A DNA stretch of 64,000 nucleotides from an uncultured Actinomycetota bacterium (GCA_963757295.1 CAVWQZ010000007.1:78303-142302); one strand, 5' to 3'. Counted from the stretch's first letter, positions 11,152 through 23,872 are shown. Numbers and translations: made by a program. The notes: a model not told the origin generated them from the letters alone.

Positions 11152-11557
11152 CTCGAGTGCCCTTCGGTCAGCTGTCGGGTGCTGGCCTGTAGACCTCATC
11201 AGAAGCCGGAACTCACCGCCGCGCCGAGGGCTGGACTGTCACGATCCGGTTACCTGAGGCCCCCACGACGCGAAAGAACGCCCTCTCTCCCTGGCCGTCC
11301 GTGGAAGTGACTCACACGGGGGAGAAAGGGCGCCCTCTCCACAGCCCCGCAGCCCAGCACCTGTTCCGCCGAGATACAGGTGCCCGAACAGCGGGCAAAC
11401 CGGCAGCCGATGCCGAACGTTGCTCGGTAGGGCTAAGGGTGAACTCGCCCAACTCACACATCCGGCCGTCACTGACGGTCCGCCGGGGTCCGGGGCGTGG
11501 GCACAGTCAAGCATCCCGAACCCGTCAGGAAAAGGTTTCTGACGAAAACGCCCGAAC

Positions 11558-12024
11558 TCAGCCGGTAAAGGCCTCGTCGTACGCGCTCTCGAGCTCCGGG
11601 AGACGCCGGGCCGCTGAACCCGCAGCCGCTCACCCGTGTCCGTCGGTCGGCCGCCACCAGGTAGGACTCCCCCGTCCGGCGAAGTCGACGCCGTCGAGGG
11701 CCGCGGAGCTGTGGCTGGCCGGCACGCCCAGGCCGTGACCGCGACCTAGGCCGAGCGGAGCCCGCACCTTGTACCAGCGGTCCGACGTCGAGCGTCGAAC
11801 GGTGTCGGCAGGAGCACTGTCGGCTCGACGGTGCCGGCGAACGCGACGCGGCATGCTCGCCGCAGGATCGCCACGCTCGAAGCGATGGCGCACCGACGAG
11901 GCGGCCGCACTCGAGCTGTTTCGCGGCAGCGCCAGGGCGAGCGGTCGTGGCGCGGTTGCCCGCCTAGGGTGCGCGAGGTCGTCGCCGGAGGTAGTCGACA
12001 CACCGCACCGGCGCGGCGAGTCAT
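11558..12024 (-). pseudogene. cyclic-nucleotide-binding-domain-like small protein, heavily frame-broken (tentative)
   Basis: Fragments in three frames can be spliced to a cNMP-domain pattern: ...LALP/AKQLE/LAASSVRHRFERGD(IL)..., ...LDVGP..., ...LGLG/RS.VAVTAW..., ...SSAALDGVDFAG.... The last frame ends ...PELESAYDEAFTG-TGA (11558-11560). The assignment rests on short motifs only. Confidence 0.35.
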
Positions 12025-12312
12025 CCAGCTACCGGGCCCTGCGGCCGCGGCCGCGACGAGGCGTGGTCGGCGCCACGGCGCGCCGGTGCTCGACAGGCTT
12101 GCGGGCGCGTCCAGGTCAGTCTCGATCAGGCTCTGCATGCGCGCGCTCCGTCGATCTCGGCAGCCGTCGAGGCTGGGAGTAGGGAGATCGGCTGCCCCTG
12201 GCCGCATCGGGTCGATGCGAGCGAGCCGGGCGCGCAGGTCGCTCGTCGCCGGCTCATCGGCGGGCGCCTCCGTCCTGGGTTCGATCCGCTTCGCGTGTCC
12301 GGGCGGGGCCGG

Positions 12313-13187
12313 ATGCCTCTCGCCGTCTCCAGCTGACGCCGTAGTCGTCACTCCGGTGATGCTGCGTCGTGGCCGCTGCCGCGCCCGGACGGCAGCCAAG
12401 GAGGCTCGCGGTCGCGTCCTCGTCATCGGGGGCAGTGCCGAGACGCCAGGGGCAGTGCTCTCGCGCAGGCGCGCGGTCCGGCGCCGCAGCTGCAGGTCGC
12501 CACGGTGCAGCCCGCAGGATCGGTCGACGGTGGCACTTCGAGGCCTTGGCGAGGCCTCGCGCGCATGGCGTCGATCGCAGCCGGAGCATCCTCGGCGCAG
12601 GTCGTCGACCTCGCCGGCGACGCCGCCTGCGGTCCTGTCGGCCCGGGGATGACCGACGTCGACGCGGTCAGCGACTGCCTGGGCCGCGCTGCTGTCCGAG
12701 CTCACGGGCACCGTCGTCGTGGCACGCCGTGGCACCATGGCGCGCGTGACGACTGACATCGGGCGCTGCACCACCTCGGCGGCCGTGCCGTCCTCACGCC
12801 CAACCCGTCCGAGCTCGCCAAGACGCTGGGCGTGTCGGAGTCCGAGGTAGACGAGCGGCCCGCCGCGTGCGCAGGTCCGGCTGGCCGAGGCGGCCAAGGC
12901 GGTGGTGGCCCTGGGCGGCAGGACGAAGCGGCCTGGCGAACCGCCGCCGGTCGATCCTCGGCAGGACGGGGTCGGCGGCCCGGCCTGGCATTGTGTCCGG
13001 CTCGGGCGACGTCCGGGCCGTGGATCGTCGCGGGGCTGCCCGCGCGGGGCGCCAGTGCTGCGCAGGCTGCGGTGCTGGGGCACCACTCCTGACCGCCGGT
13101 GACCGCGGCCGGGTCGGTCGGTGGGGCTTCCTGGCCCGCGAGCTGCCCTCCGAGGTGCCCCGCGTGCTGGACGAGGTGGAGCAGTAG
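12313..13187 (+). pseudogene. ADP/ATP-dependent NAD(P)H-hydrate dehydratase (YjeF C-terminal/carbohydrate kinase family), at least 6 frame breaks
   Basis: Spliced fragments: VTPVMLRSWPLPRPDGS / KEARGRVLVIGGSAETPGAVL / LQVATVQPAG / PEALARP / VVDLAGDAA..VGPGMTDVDAVSD / GTVVVDA / LTPNPSELAKTLGVSESEVDERPAA / GSGDV..IVAGL.ARGASAAQAAV / VGFLARELPSEVPRVLDEVEQ-TAG. Confidence 0.6.
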
Positions 13188-13313
13188 GGCGCTTCCGACG
13201 GCTGTGGCTCTTTCATGATCGAAAAGCGGCCCGGGACCTTGACCGCACCAGTGTGACGGGTGTTCTCTAGCGGGGCTGCTGTTACCACAGCGACCCGAGG
13301 GGGGCCAGAACCG

Positions 13314-14625
13314 GTGCTCCGACACGCCGTACGACGTGCTGCGACCCGCCTTCCGGCGGCCGTGGCGCTGGTCGCGGTCGGCTCGCTGACCGTCGGGCTG
13401 CTTGCCGGCCCTGCCGCCGCCGACCCGGCCTTCCCCAGCGCGCGCGAGGTCGAGCGCAGCCAGTCGGCCGTCGCCAGCACCGCCGCGAGCGTCGGGCAGA
13501 TCGAGGCCCGGCTCGCCGCTGCCAGCGCGCGCTCCGCGCAGCTGGCCACCGAGGTGGCCCAGGCGGTCGAGGCCTACAACGGCGCGCGGTTCCGGCTCGA
13601 GCAGGCCCAGCGGGCCGCCGTCGTCGCGCAGCAGAAGGCCGCAGAGGCGCAGCGCGAGGTCGACGCGGCGCGACGGGAGCTGGGCAGGTTCGCGGCGGCG
13701 GCCTACCGCGAGGGCGGCGACCTGGGCGGGCTGTCGGCATTCCTCTCGTCGAACGGCCCGCAGGACCTGATCGACCGCGCGTCGGCGATCGACTCCATCG
13801 GCGACTCCCGTCGGCGCGCCCTGTCCGCCCTCCGCTCGGCCGAGGTTGCCGCGGGTGTCCTTCAGCAGCGGGCCCGGCACCTGGTGGCCTCGCGCACCGA
13901 CGCCGCGACCGCGGTCGAGGCCGCGAAGGTGGCCGCCGAAGGCAAGCTCGCGGCGCAGCAGCAAGCCGTCGCGGCGATGGCCAGCGAACGGAAGTCACTG
14001 ATCGTCGCGCTGGCCACGGCGCGGAGCACGTCCGTGCGGCTGGAACGCGCCCGGCAGGCGGGTCTCGAGCAGGCCCGAGCCGAGCGCGCGGAGCAGGCCC
14101 GGCGGGCCCAGCAACGCCGGGCCGCGCAGCAGCGCCGGGCCGCGGCCGCGGACCGCGACAAGGACCAGCTCCTCCGGTGGCTCCTCGTCCGGCGGCTCGA
14201 ACAACGGCAGCGGGGGAGGGGCGCCGTCGGGCGGCTCCGGCGGGTCGTCCGCGGGCACGTCCTCCGGCGCGTCAGCCGCCATCGCCTTCGCGCGGGCCCA
14301 GATCGGCAAGCCCTACGAGTGGGCCGCGACCGGGCCGAGCACGTTCGACTGCTCCGGGCTGACCATGCGCGCCTGGGAGCACGGTGGGGTGTCGCTGCCG
14401 CACTACAGCGTGGCGCAGTACGAGCAGGGCCGGAAGGTCGCCATCAGCGACCTGCGCCGGGGCGACCTGGTCTTCTTCGGCTCGGACCCGGGCAACCCGG
14501 CCTCGATCTACCACGTCGGGCTCTACATCGGCGGCGGCCAGATGATCGAGGCGCCCTACACCGGTGAGGACGTCCGGGTGTCGAGCATCTACCGCGACAG
14601 CCTCTTCGGCGCCGCCCGCCCCTGA
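13314..14625 (+). CDS. RipA-like secreted NlpC/P60 peptidoglycan endopeptidase with a long coiled-coil N-domain; one frame break near 14160
   Basis: ORF 13260..14567 supplies the signal peptide and A/E/R/Q coiled coil. A Gly/Ser linker and [44 protein letters not shown]...[17 protein letters not shown] are in frame 1 (ORF 14365..14625). The start is GTG 13314 (GAGGGGGG upstream) or GTG 13260. Confidence 0.8.
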
Positions 14626-14631
14626 GGCCCG

Positions 14632-15161
14632 TCAGCTCAGCGCGGGGGTTGGGGGGTGCGCGGCGGCTCTGTTCGGGGGTGGCGTCCTTGAGCCGCTGGA
14701 CCGACGCCTTGATCTCCTCCTCGGCCTCCACCCGGCCGACCCACGTCGCGCCCTCGACCGACTTGCCGGGCTCGAGGTCCTTGTAGACCTCGAAGAAGTG
14801 CTGGATCTCCAGCCGGTCGAACTCCGGCACGTGGTGGATGTCGCGCAGGTGCTCCGACCGCGGGTCGGTGGCCGGCACGCACAGCACCTTGTCGTCGCCG
14901 CCGGCCTCGTCGGTCATCCGGAACATGCCCGAGCGCCCGCGCCTTGATCAGGCACCCCGGGAAGGTCGGTTCCTCGAGCAGCACCAAGGCATCGAGCGGG
15001 TCACCGTCCATGCCCAGGGTGTTCTCGATGAAGCCGTAGTCGGCCGGATAGCGCGTCGACGTGAAGAGCATGCGGTCGAGCCGGATGCGCCCGGTGGCAT
15101 GGTCGACTTCGTACTTGTTGCGCTGTCCCTTGGGGATCTCGATGAGGACGTCGAAGTCCAC
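14632..15161 (-). CDS. ppa: inorganic pyrophosphatase; frame break near 14930 and an uncertain 3' end in C-runs
   Basis: [75 protein letters not shown] lies in the ORF 14637..15404 frame. [24 protein letters not shown]...[12 protein letters not shown] lies in ORF 14444..14926. RBS AGGAGG precedes GTG 15161. Stops are available at 14632 or 14637 after a CCCCC/CCCCCC slip. Confidence 0.85.
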
Positions 15162-15243
15162 GGTCACCTCCTGGCTGCGCAGCAGCACCCGCTGCGCTCG
15201 ATAGTCTCCCGTACGGCGAGCCGGGTGGACGAATCGAGGGTGC

Positions 15244-16680
15244 GTGGTCAGCGCCGTGCGGGGACGTCCGCGACGTGTGGGCACCGTCGTGCTGGTCGCC
15301 ATCGTCGTCCTGCTGCTGGCTGGCGGTGCCTTCGTCGGGCTGGACGCGACCGGGCACATCCCCGGGGCGCTGTTCGACGATCCGCAGGCCGAGCCGACCG
15401 CCACCTCGTCACCGAGCCCGTCGCCCCCGGCTGCCGGTCCGGTGCTCGCCGCCGGCCACGGGGTCGCAGGGCGACCCGCCCGACGTGGCCGAGAGGCTGC
15501 TCGCCGATCCTGACCTCGGGGGCGACGTCGGCGCGTACGTCGTGGACGTCGCGAGCGGTGAGGTCCTGCTCGACCGGGACGCCGCGAGTGCCCGGACTCC
15601 GGCGTCCGTCGCCAAGCTGGCCACGGCGGCCGGCGCCCTGGTGGCGCTGGGCCCGGCCACCCGGCTCGAGACGCGCACGGTCGCCGGCGCGCAGCCCGGC
15701 GAGGTGGTGCTCGTCGGCGGCGGTGACACCACCCTCACCGTGCGGCGGGGCAAGGCCGGCTACCCCACGCCGGCCCGCCTGGCCGACCTGGCCGACGCCA
15801 CCGCGGCCGTGCTGCGCGTCAAGGGCGTCGTCGAGGTGACCGTCAGCGTCGACGACAGTCTCTTCACCGGACCATCGCTGTCGCCGGACTGGCGCCCCGG
15901 CTACGTCGCTGCGGGCGTCGTCTCCCCGGTCAGCGCGCTGTCCCTGGACGGCGGCCGGGTCCGGCCCGGCTTCGCTGCGCGGTCCGCCGACCCCGCCGTC
16001 GCGGCGGGCGATCGGTTGGCCCGTCTGCTGCGGGACCGCGGCCTGTCCGTCAGCGGCCCGGTCGGTCGGGCGACCGCGAGCCCCGACGCGGAGGTCCTCG
16101 GGACGGTGAGCTCACCGCAGCTGTCGTCGTTGGTGGAGACGATGCTCCTGACGAGTGACAACGACCTGGCCGAGTCGCTGATCCGGCTGGTGGCCATCGG
16201 TCGCGACCACCCCGCGACGTTCGAGGGCGGGACCGCGGCCGTCGCCGAGGTGCTCACCGAGCTGGGCGTCCCGACCGACGGGCTCGGGCTGCTCGACGGC
16301 AGCGGGCTCGCGCGCGGCTCGCGGATCGCCCCCGAGACGCTGGGTGCGCTGTTGGCGCTGGCCGCCGCAGACGGCGGTGACCCCCGGCTTCGACCGCTGG
16401 TCACGGCCTGCCGGTCGCGGGCTTCTCCGGCACCCTCGCGGATCGATTCGGCACCGCCGCTGCCGGCCGCGCAGGAGCAGGGGTGGTGCGCGCGAAGACC
16501 GGGACCCTCACCGGGGTGAGCTCGCTGGCGGGAGTTGTCCCCGCTGGTGACGCCTCTCCGCCGGGCCAGTTCCGGCTGCTCGCGTTCGCCCTCATGACCG
16601 ACGATGTCCAGGTTTCAAACACTTTGGACGCGAGAGATGCGCTGGACCGGATTGCCGCCGCCCTTGGGCCGGACGGGTGA
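15244..16680 (+). CDS. dacB: D-alanyl-D-alanine carboxypeptidase/endopeptidase (PBP4, S13 family); two frame breaks (~15470, ~16400)
   Basis: TM/signal in ORF 15244..15513. SxxK (PASVAKL), SxN (LTSDNDL) and KTG ([10 protein letters not shown]) motifs lie across ORFs 15275..16519 and 16483..16680. Syntenic with ppa as in Rv3627c/Rv3628. Confidence 0.85.
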
Positions 16681-16747
16681 ACCGCGAACTCCGGGGGTTG
16701 AGCCGATTCCCACCGGGAAATAGGGGGTCCGGAAGGAGGCAGACACA

Positions 16748-16891
16748 ATGGAATTCATTCTGTGGCTCATCGCAGTAGCCCTCGTCGTGTGGGGGATTGT
16801 CACCCTCGTACGCGGCCAGGTTCTGCTCGGCATCGTGCTCATCATCGTCGGTCTTCTCGTCGGACCCGGTGGCGTGAGCGTCTTCACCTGA
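16748..16891 (+). CDS. 47-aa small membrane protein with a C-terminal GPGG motif (not in the ORF track, which omits ORFs under 60 aa)
   Basis: ATG 16748 preceded by GGAAGGAGG. MEFILWLIAVALVVWGIVTLVRGQVLLGIVLIIVGLLVGPGGVSVFT-TGA. Two hydrophobic helices with GC-rich third positions. Confidence 0.6.
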   Translation: MEFILWLIAVALVVWGIVTLVRGQVLLGIVLIIVGLLVGPGGVSVFT

Positions 16892-16984
16892 CGCACCACA
16901 GTCTTCCCGGTGGCCCGGGCGGTCGGCAACGACCGCCCGGGCCACCGGCATGTCTCCCGCCGGCACCCGACGTACGGTGAACGC

Positions 16985-18083
16985 ATGAGTCCTTCTGCCA
17001 TGGTCGACTGGGACCTCGCCGTCACGACCGGCACCTGCGCTGGTGCGCCCCGGCCCGGTCATCTCCCGAGAAGAGGCCCGCGACGCCGTCGCGGACCTGC
17101 GCCGCTACGCCGAGCAGGCGCAGGGCCACGTGCGCGACTACACCGGTCTGGTCGCCGACACCGACGGCTCCTCGGTCGCGGTCATCGACCGGCCGGCGTG
17201 GATCCGCGCCAACGCCGAGGGGTTCCGCACCGTCCTCGAACCGGTCATCGAGAAGCTGCAGAAGCAGGGCTCGAGCTCCGCGGCGGCCACCGCCGTGGGC
17301 GCCCGCATCACCGGCGCGCAGACCGGCGTCGCTGCTCGCCTTCCTCGCCACCAAGGTGCTCGGCCAGTACGAGCTGTTCCCGCCGTACGGCGAGACCGCC
17401 GACTCGCGACCGGGCCGGCTGCTCCTCGTCGCACCGAACATCGTGGCCGCCGAGCAGCGAGCTCGACGTCGACCCGCGCGACTTCCGGCTGTGGGTGTGC
17501 CTGCACGAGGAGACCCATCGCGTGCAGTTCGGCGCGGTGCCGTGGCTGCGCGAGCACGTCATGACCGAGATCCGCGCCTTCGTCGAGGCGACCGACCTCG
17601 ACTCCGCCGCGGTGCTGCGGCGGCTCGGCGGCAGCGGCCGGCGCGGCGTACGACGCGGTGCGCGGCGGCACGGAGTCCGAGGGCGGCTCGCTCATCGAGG
17701 TCGTGCAGACCCCGGCGCAGCGCGAGATCCTCGACCGCATCACCGCGCTGATGACCCTGCTCGAGGGCCATGCCGACTACGTCATGGACGGCGTCGGACC
17801 GAAGGTGATCCCGTCGGTCGCCGAGATCCGCGCGAAGTTCCAGCGCCGCCGCAAGGAGGCCACCTGGCTCGAGCAGGTCGTGCGCCGGCTGCTCGGCATC
17901 GACGCCAAGCTGCGGCAGTACCGCGACGGGGAGCGCTTCGTCCGCGCCGTCGTCGAGCAGACCGACATGGCCGCCTTCAACCGGTGTGGGAGCGGCCCGA
18001 GAACCTGCCGACCAAGGCCGAGCTCGCCGACCCGGGCGCCTGGGTCAAGCGCGTGGTCACGCCCGAGGCAGCTTCCCGCCTAA
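16985..18083 (+). pseudogene. zinc-dependent metalloprotease (DUF2342 family, Rv3626c-like), about 6 frame breaks
   Basis: MSPSAMVDWDLAVTTGT | RLVRPGPVISREEARDAVADLRRYAEQ... | LAFLATKVLGQYELFPPYG...NIVAAEQ | ELDVDPRDFRLWVCLHEETHRVQFGAVPWLREH (HExxH) | ...LIEVVQTPAQREILDRITALMTLLEGHADYVMD... | VWERPENLPTKAELADPGAWVKRV. A rare TAA at 18081-18083 sits just before the tilS ATG. Confidence 0.75.
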
Positions 18084-18092
18084 CCTCGGCGC

Positions 18093-19060
18093 ATGGGTCC
18101 GAGTCCGGCCGTCGCGGCGGTGCGCCTCGCCGTACGACGAGGGCTGGCCGACCTGGAAGCCGGCGACCTGGTGCTGGTCGCGGCAAGCGGCGGTGCCGAC
18201 TCGCTGGCCCTCGCGGCAGCCGTGGCGTTCGAGGTGCCGCGGCTCGGGCTGCGCGCCGGGGCGGTGACGGTCGACCACGGGCTGCAGGCCGGCTCCGGCG
18301 AGCGCGCGCGCCAGGTTGCCGCGGCGCTGACCGCCCTCGGCCTCGACCCGGTCGAGGTCCGCGCGGTGCAGGTCGGCACCGCCGGCGGGCCGGAGGCGGC
18401 CGCCCGGTCGGCCCGCTACGCGGCACTGGACGCGGCGGCCGACGAGCACGGGGCCGTGGCCGTGCTGCTCGGCGCACACCCGCGACGACCAGGCGGAGAC
18501 CGTCCTGCTCGGCCTGGCCCGCGGCTCAGGGGGACGGTCGCTGGCCGGCATGGACGCCCGGTCGGGTCGCTACCGCCGGCCGCTGCTCGCGCTGGACCGG
18601 GCCACGGTGCGGGCAGCCGTCGACGGCCTCCCGGTGTGGGACGACCCGCACAACGACGACCCGGCGTTCGCGCGGGTGCGGGTCCGCCACGCCGCGCTGC
18701 CGGCCCTGGAGGACGCACTCGGGCCCGGCGTCGCAGCCGCGCTGGCCCGCACCGCCGCTCTGCTGCGGGCCGACGCCGACGCCCTGGACGAGTGGGCCGC
18801 GCGCGCCGGCGCCGACGTGACCGGCCCCGACGGCTCGCTCGACGTGGCGGCGCTCGGAGCGCTGCCGCGTCGCGGTGCGCAGCCGGGTCGTCCGCGCCGC
18901 CGCCCTCGCCGCCGGGGCGCCGGCCAGCGACCTGCGGGCCGAGCACGTCGAGGCCGTCGACGCGCTGGTCACCGACTGGCACGGGCAGGGGCCGCTGGAG
19001 CTGCCGGGCCGGGTCACGGCGCGGCGGGAGTGTGGCAGGCTGCAGATCGCCCGCGCCTGA
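18093..19060 (+). CDS. tilS: tRNA(Ile)-lysidine synthetase; two frame breaks (~18472, ~18868)
   Basis: PP-loop [15 protein letters not shown]; ...LLG(H)[18 protein letters not shown]...; C-part ...[45 protein letters not shown]. Sits between the metalloprotease and hpt as in Rv3625c. Confidence 0.85.
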
Positions 19061-19098
19061 ACGTGGCGGTGCTGACGGCTTCCGGAGGGCGAGGACGC

Positions 19099-19653
<555 letters not shown>

Positions 19654-19812
19654 CGAGCACGGGAACGATCCGGCCCGACCGCCGCGTTGAGCGGGCATCA
19701 GGCGTGACCCCGCCGACCGCCGCGCGGCGCCCCAGGGCCAGTTCGCGGTGTACCGTCGAGGGTCACCAACCCACATCTCGGCAGGAGGGACGGGGCGACC
19801 CGCCCCGCTTCG

Positions 19813-21841
<2,029 letters not shown>

Positions 21842-21847
21842 CCCGGC

Positions 21848-22513
21848 GTGGCGGAGCCCACAGTTCCGGGTCACCGGACGTCGATGCCGTCGGGACACCG
21901 GATCGATGCCGTCGGGTCACCGGACATCGATGCCGCGTCGTCGCCAGGCGTGTACGACGAGGCCGCCGTCCGCCGTGCGATCCACGACTTCCTCGTGGCC
22001 GTCGGCGAGGACCCGACGCGCGACGGGCTGGTGGACACCCCTGACCGGGTCGCGCGTGCCTACCGCGAGATCTTCTCCGGGCTGTGGCTCGAGCCCGAGG
22101 ACGTGCTGACGACGACGTTCGACCTCGGTCACGACGAGATGGTCCTCGTGAAGGACATCGAGGTGCGTTCGATGTGTGAGCACCACCTGGTGCCGTTCTT
22201 CGGGGTCGCGCACGTCGGCTACATCCCCTCGCACGACGGCCGCATCACCGGTCTGTCCAAGCTGGCCCGGCTGGTCGACGTGTTCGCGCGTCGGCCGCAG
22301 GTGCAGGAACGGATGACGACGCAGGTCGCTGACGCGCTGATGCGCATCCTGGAGCCGCGCGGTGTGATCGTCGTGGTCGAGTGCGAGCACCTGTGCATGT
22401 CGATGCGGGGCATCCGCAAGCCCGGTGCGTCCACGATCACGTCGGCGGTCCGCGGCCAGCTGCGCGACCCGGCGACCCGCGCCGAGGCGATGAGCCTGAT
22501 CGTCGCGCGGTGA
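21848..22513 (+). CDS. folE: GTP cyclohydrolase I FolE (the conserved core starts about [15 protein letters not shown]; GTG 21950 is a plausible true start)
   Basis: ORF 21848..22513. ...[21 protein letters not shown]..., MCEHHLVPF, catalytic core intact. The first ~100 nt overlap the tandem repeat and are doubtful as coding sequence. Confidence 0.9.
   Translation: MAEPTVPGHRTSMPSGHRIDAVGSPDIDAASSPGVYDEAAVRRAIHDFLVAVGEDPTRDGLVDTPDRVARAYREIFSGLWLEPEDVLTTTFDLGHDEMVLVKDIEVRSMCEHHLVPFFGVAHVGYIPSHDGRITGLSKLARLVDVFARRPQVQERMTTQVADALMRILEPRGVIVVVECEHLCMSMRGIRKPGASTITSAVRGQLRDPATRAEAMSLIVAR
21868..21937 (+). repeat. three imperfect tandem copies (24/22/24 bp) of GGGWCACCGGAC(R)TCGATGCCG
   Basis: Units 21868-21891, 21892-21913 and 21914-21937, read directly. 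The middle unit is not a multiple of 3, so the copies translate in different frames. Confidence 0.85.
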
Positions 22514-23414
22514 ACGCCGGAGCCCGCGCTGTGCCGTCCGGGTCGTCGCTGCCGTCAGCGCCTCACCTCCGCGGGCTGCCGGCCCATCTGTCGGGACTGA
22601 ACGCGCTGCCTGGTCATGGGCGTCGTCAACGTCACGCCCGACTCCTTCTCCGACGGCGGCGCGTTCCTCGACCCGGAGGCGGCCATCACCCAGGGCATGT
22701 CGCTGGTGCACGACGGCGCCGACATCGTCGACGTCGGTGGCGAGTCCACCCGCCCCGGAGCGCACCGGGTCAGTGCCGAGGAGGAGTCCGGGCGGGTGCT
22801 CCCCGTCGTACGCGGTCTCGTCGCCGCCGGCGCGGTGGTCAGCATCGACACCATGCGGGCCGAGATCGCGTCGGCCGCGCTGGAAGCCGGGGCGGAGATC
22901 GTCAACGACGTGAGCGGTGGCCGTGCCGACCCGGACATGGCTGCGGTGGTCCGCGACGCCGGCGTCCCGTTCGTCGCCATGCACTGGCGCGGCCACAGCG
23001 ACCACATGCAGGACCTCGCGGTCTACGACGACGTGGTGGCCGACGTGCTGGCCGAGCTGCGGGACGGCCTGCGAGCGGCTCGTCGATGCCGGTGTCGACG
23101 CCGAGCAGGTGGTGCTCGACCCGGGGCTCGGCTTCGCGAAGACGGGCGAGCACAACTGGGCCCTGCTCGCCCATCTGGACGCGCTGCAGTCGCTGGGCCG
23201 TCCGCTGCTGGTCGGCGCGTCGCGCAAGGGGTTCCTCGGCACGCTTCTCGCCGACGCCGCAGGCGAGCCGCGCCCGATGGCCGAACGCGACGCGGCAACC
23301 GCCGCAGTCAGCGCGCTGGCAGCCTGGTCAGGGGCGTGGGGCGTGCGGGTGCACGAGGTGCGCGCCAGCCTCGATGCGGTGCGCGTCGTCGCCGCCGTGC
23401 AGGAGCAGCGGTGA
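22510..23414 (+). CDS. folP: dihydropteroate synthase; frame breaks near 22603 and 23070
   Basis: GTG 22510 overlaps the folE stop (GTGA). ...[11 protein letters not shown].. then [19 protein letters not shown]...[11 protein letters not shown]...NDVSGG (ORF 22616..), then [22 protein letters not shown]...[11 protein letters not shown]...[14 protein letters not shown] (ORF 22917..23414). Confidence 0.85.
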
Positions 23415-23872
23415 CCAACGAGGAGGACGTTCGCGCGGTGCTGTTCGCCAACGCGGCGTTGTACGACGCGTTCGAGACGGCCGACCTCGACCTGATGGAG
23501 GCCGTGTGGATCGACGGTCCGGGCGCCGAGGACGTGATCTGCGTCCATCCCGGCTGGCCGCCGCTGCGCGGCCGCGCGCAGGTGCTGCGGTCGTGGGCGA
23601 TGATCATGGCGAACACCACGAACATCTCGTTCGTGCTGACCGACGTCGACGCGACCGTCGACGGTGATGTCGCCGTCGTCACCTGCGCCGAGAACATCCT
23701 GACCGGCATGCCCGAGGACGCTGAGCTCTCCACGTCCCTTGCCGCGACCGCCCTGTCCGGCGGGCGCGTGGCCGCCACCAACGTCTTCCGCCGCACGGGC
23801 AGCGGGTGGCGGCTCTGGGTGCACCATGCGTCGCCGGTCCTGTCGGTGACCGAGGAGGTGGAGGACGAGTGA
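23411..23872 (+). CDS. SnoaL/NTF2-like fold protein embedded in the folate operon
   Basis: GTG 23411 overlaps the folP stop (GTGA). [33 protein letters not shown]...WRLWVHHASPV. It is the tail of track ORF 22616..23872. Confidence 0.7.
   Translation: MTNEEDVRAVLFANAALYDAFETADLDLMEAVWIDGPGAEDVICVHPGWPPLRGRAQVLRSWAMIMANTTNISFVLTDVDATVDGDVAVVTCAENILTGMPEDAELSTSLAATALSGGRVAATNVFRRTGSGWRLWVHHASPVLSVTEEVEDE

Noticed and set aside
11239-11738. Track ORFs 11239..11514 (-) and 11301..11738 (+) as genes in the MMPL upstream spacer.
   Set aside because: Their amino-acid composition is implausible, they have no RBS or start context and mixed third-position composition, and the region is better explained as structured non-coding leader plus the 3' end of the broken cNMP-like gene.
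12277-12287. GGGTTCGATCC, a tRNA T-loop-like string in the 12025-12312 spacer.
   Set aside because: The flanking bases cannot form the 5-bp T-stem, and no acceptor or anticodon arms can be drawn.
13188-13313. A possible ydaO-type c-di-AMP riboswitch upstream of the NlpC/P60 hydrolase, which is a common context in actinobacteria.
   Set aside because: The conserved ydaO blocks (e.g. GGGGUGAAUC, ACGGGGA..CCA, CCGA..CCCG) are not present. Only a vague CCCGAGGGG string is.
6284-19060. The frame breaks as programmed ribosomal frameshifting or transcriptional slippage.
   Set aside because: The breaks are far too many. They occur in both directions, often several per gene, with no shared slippery heptamer or downstream structure, and they hit unrelated housekeeping genes.
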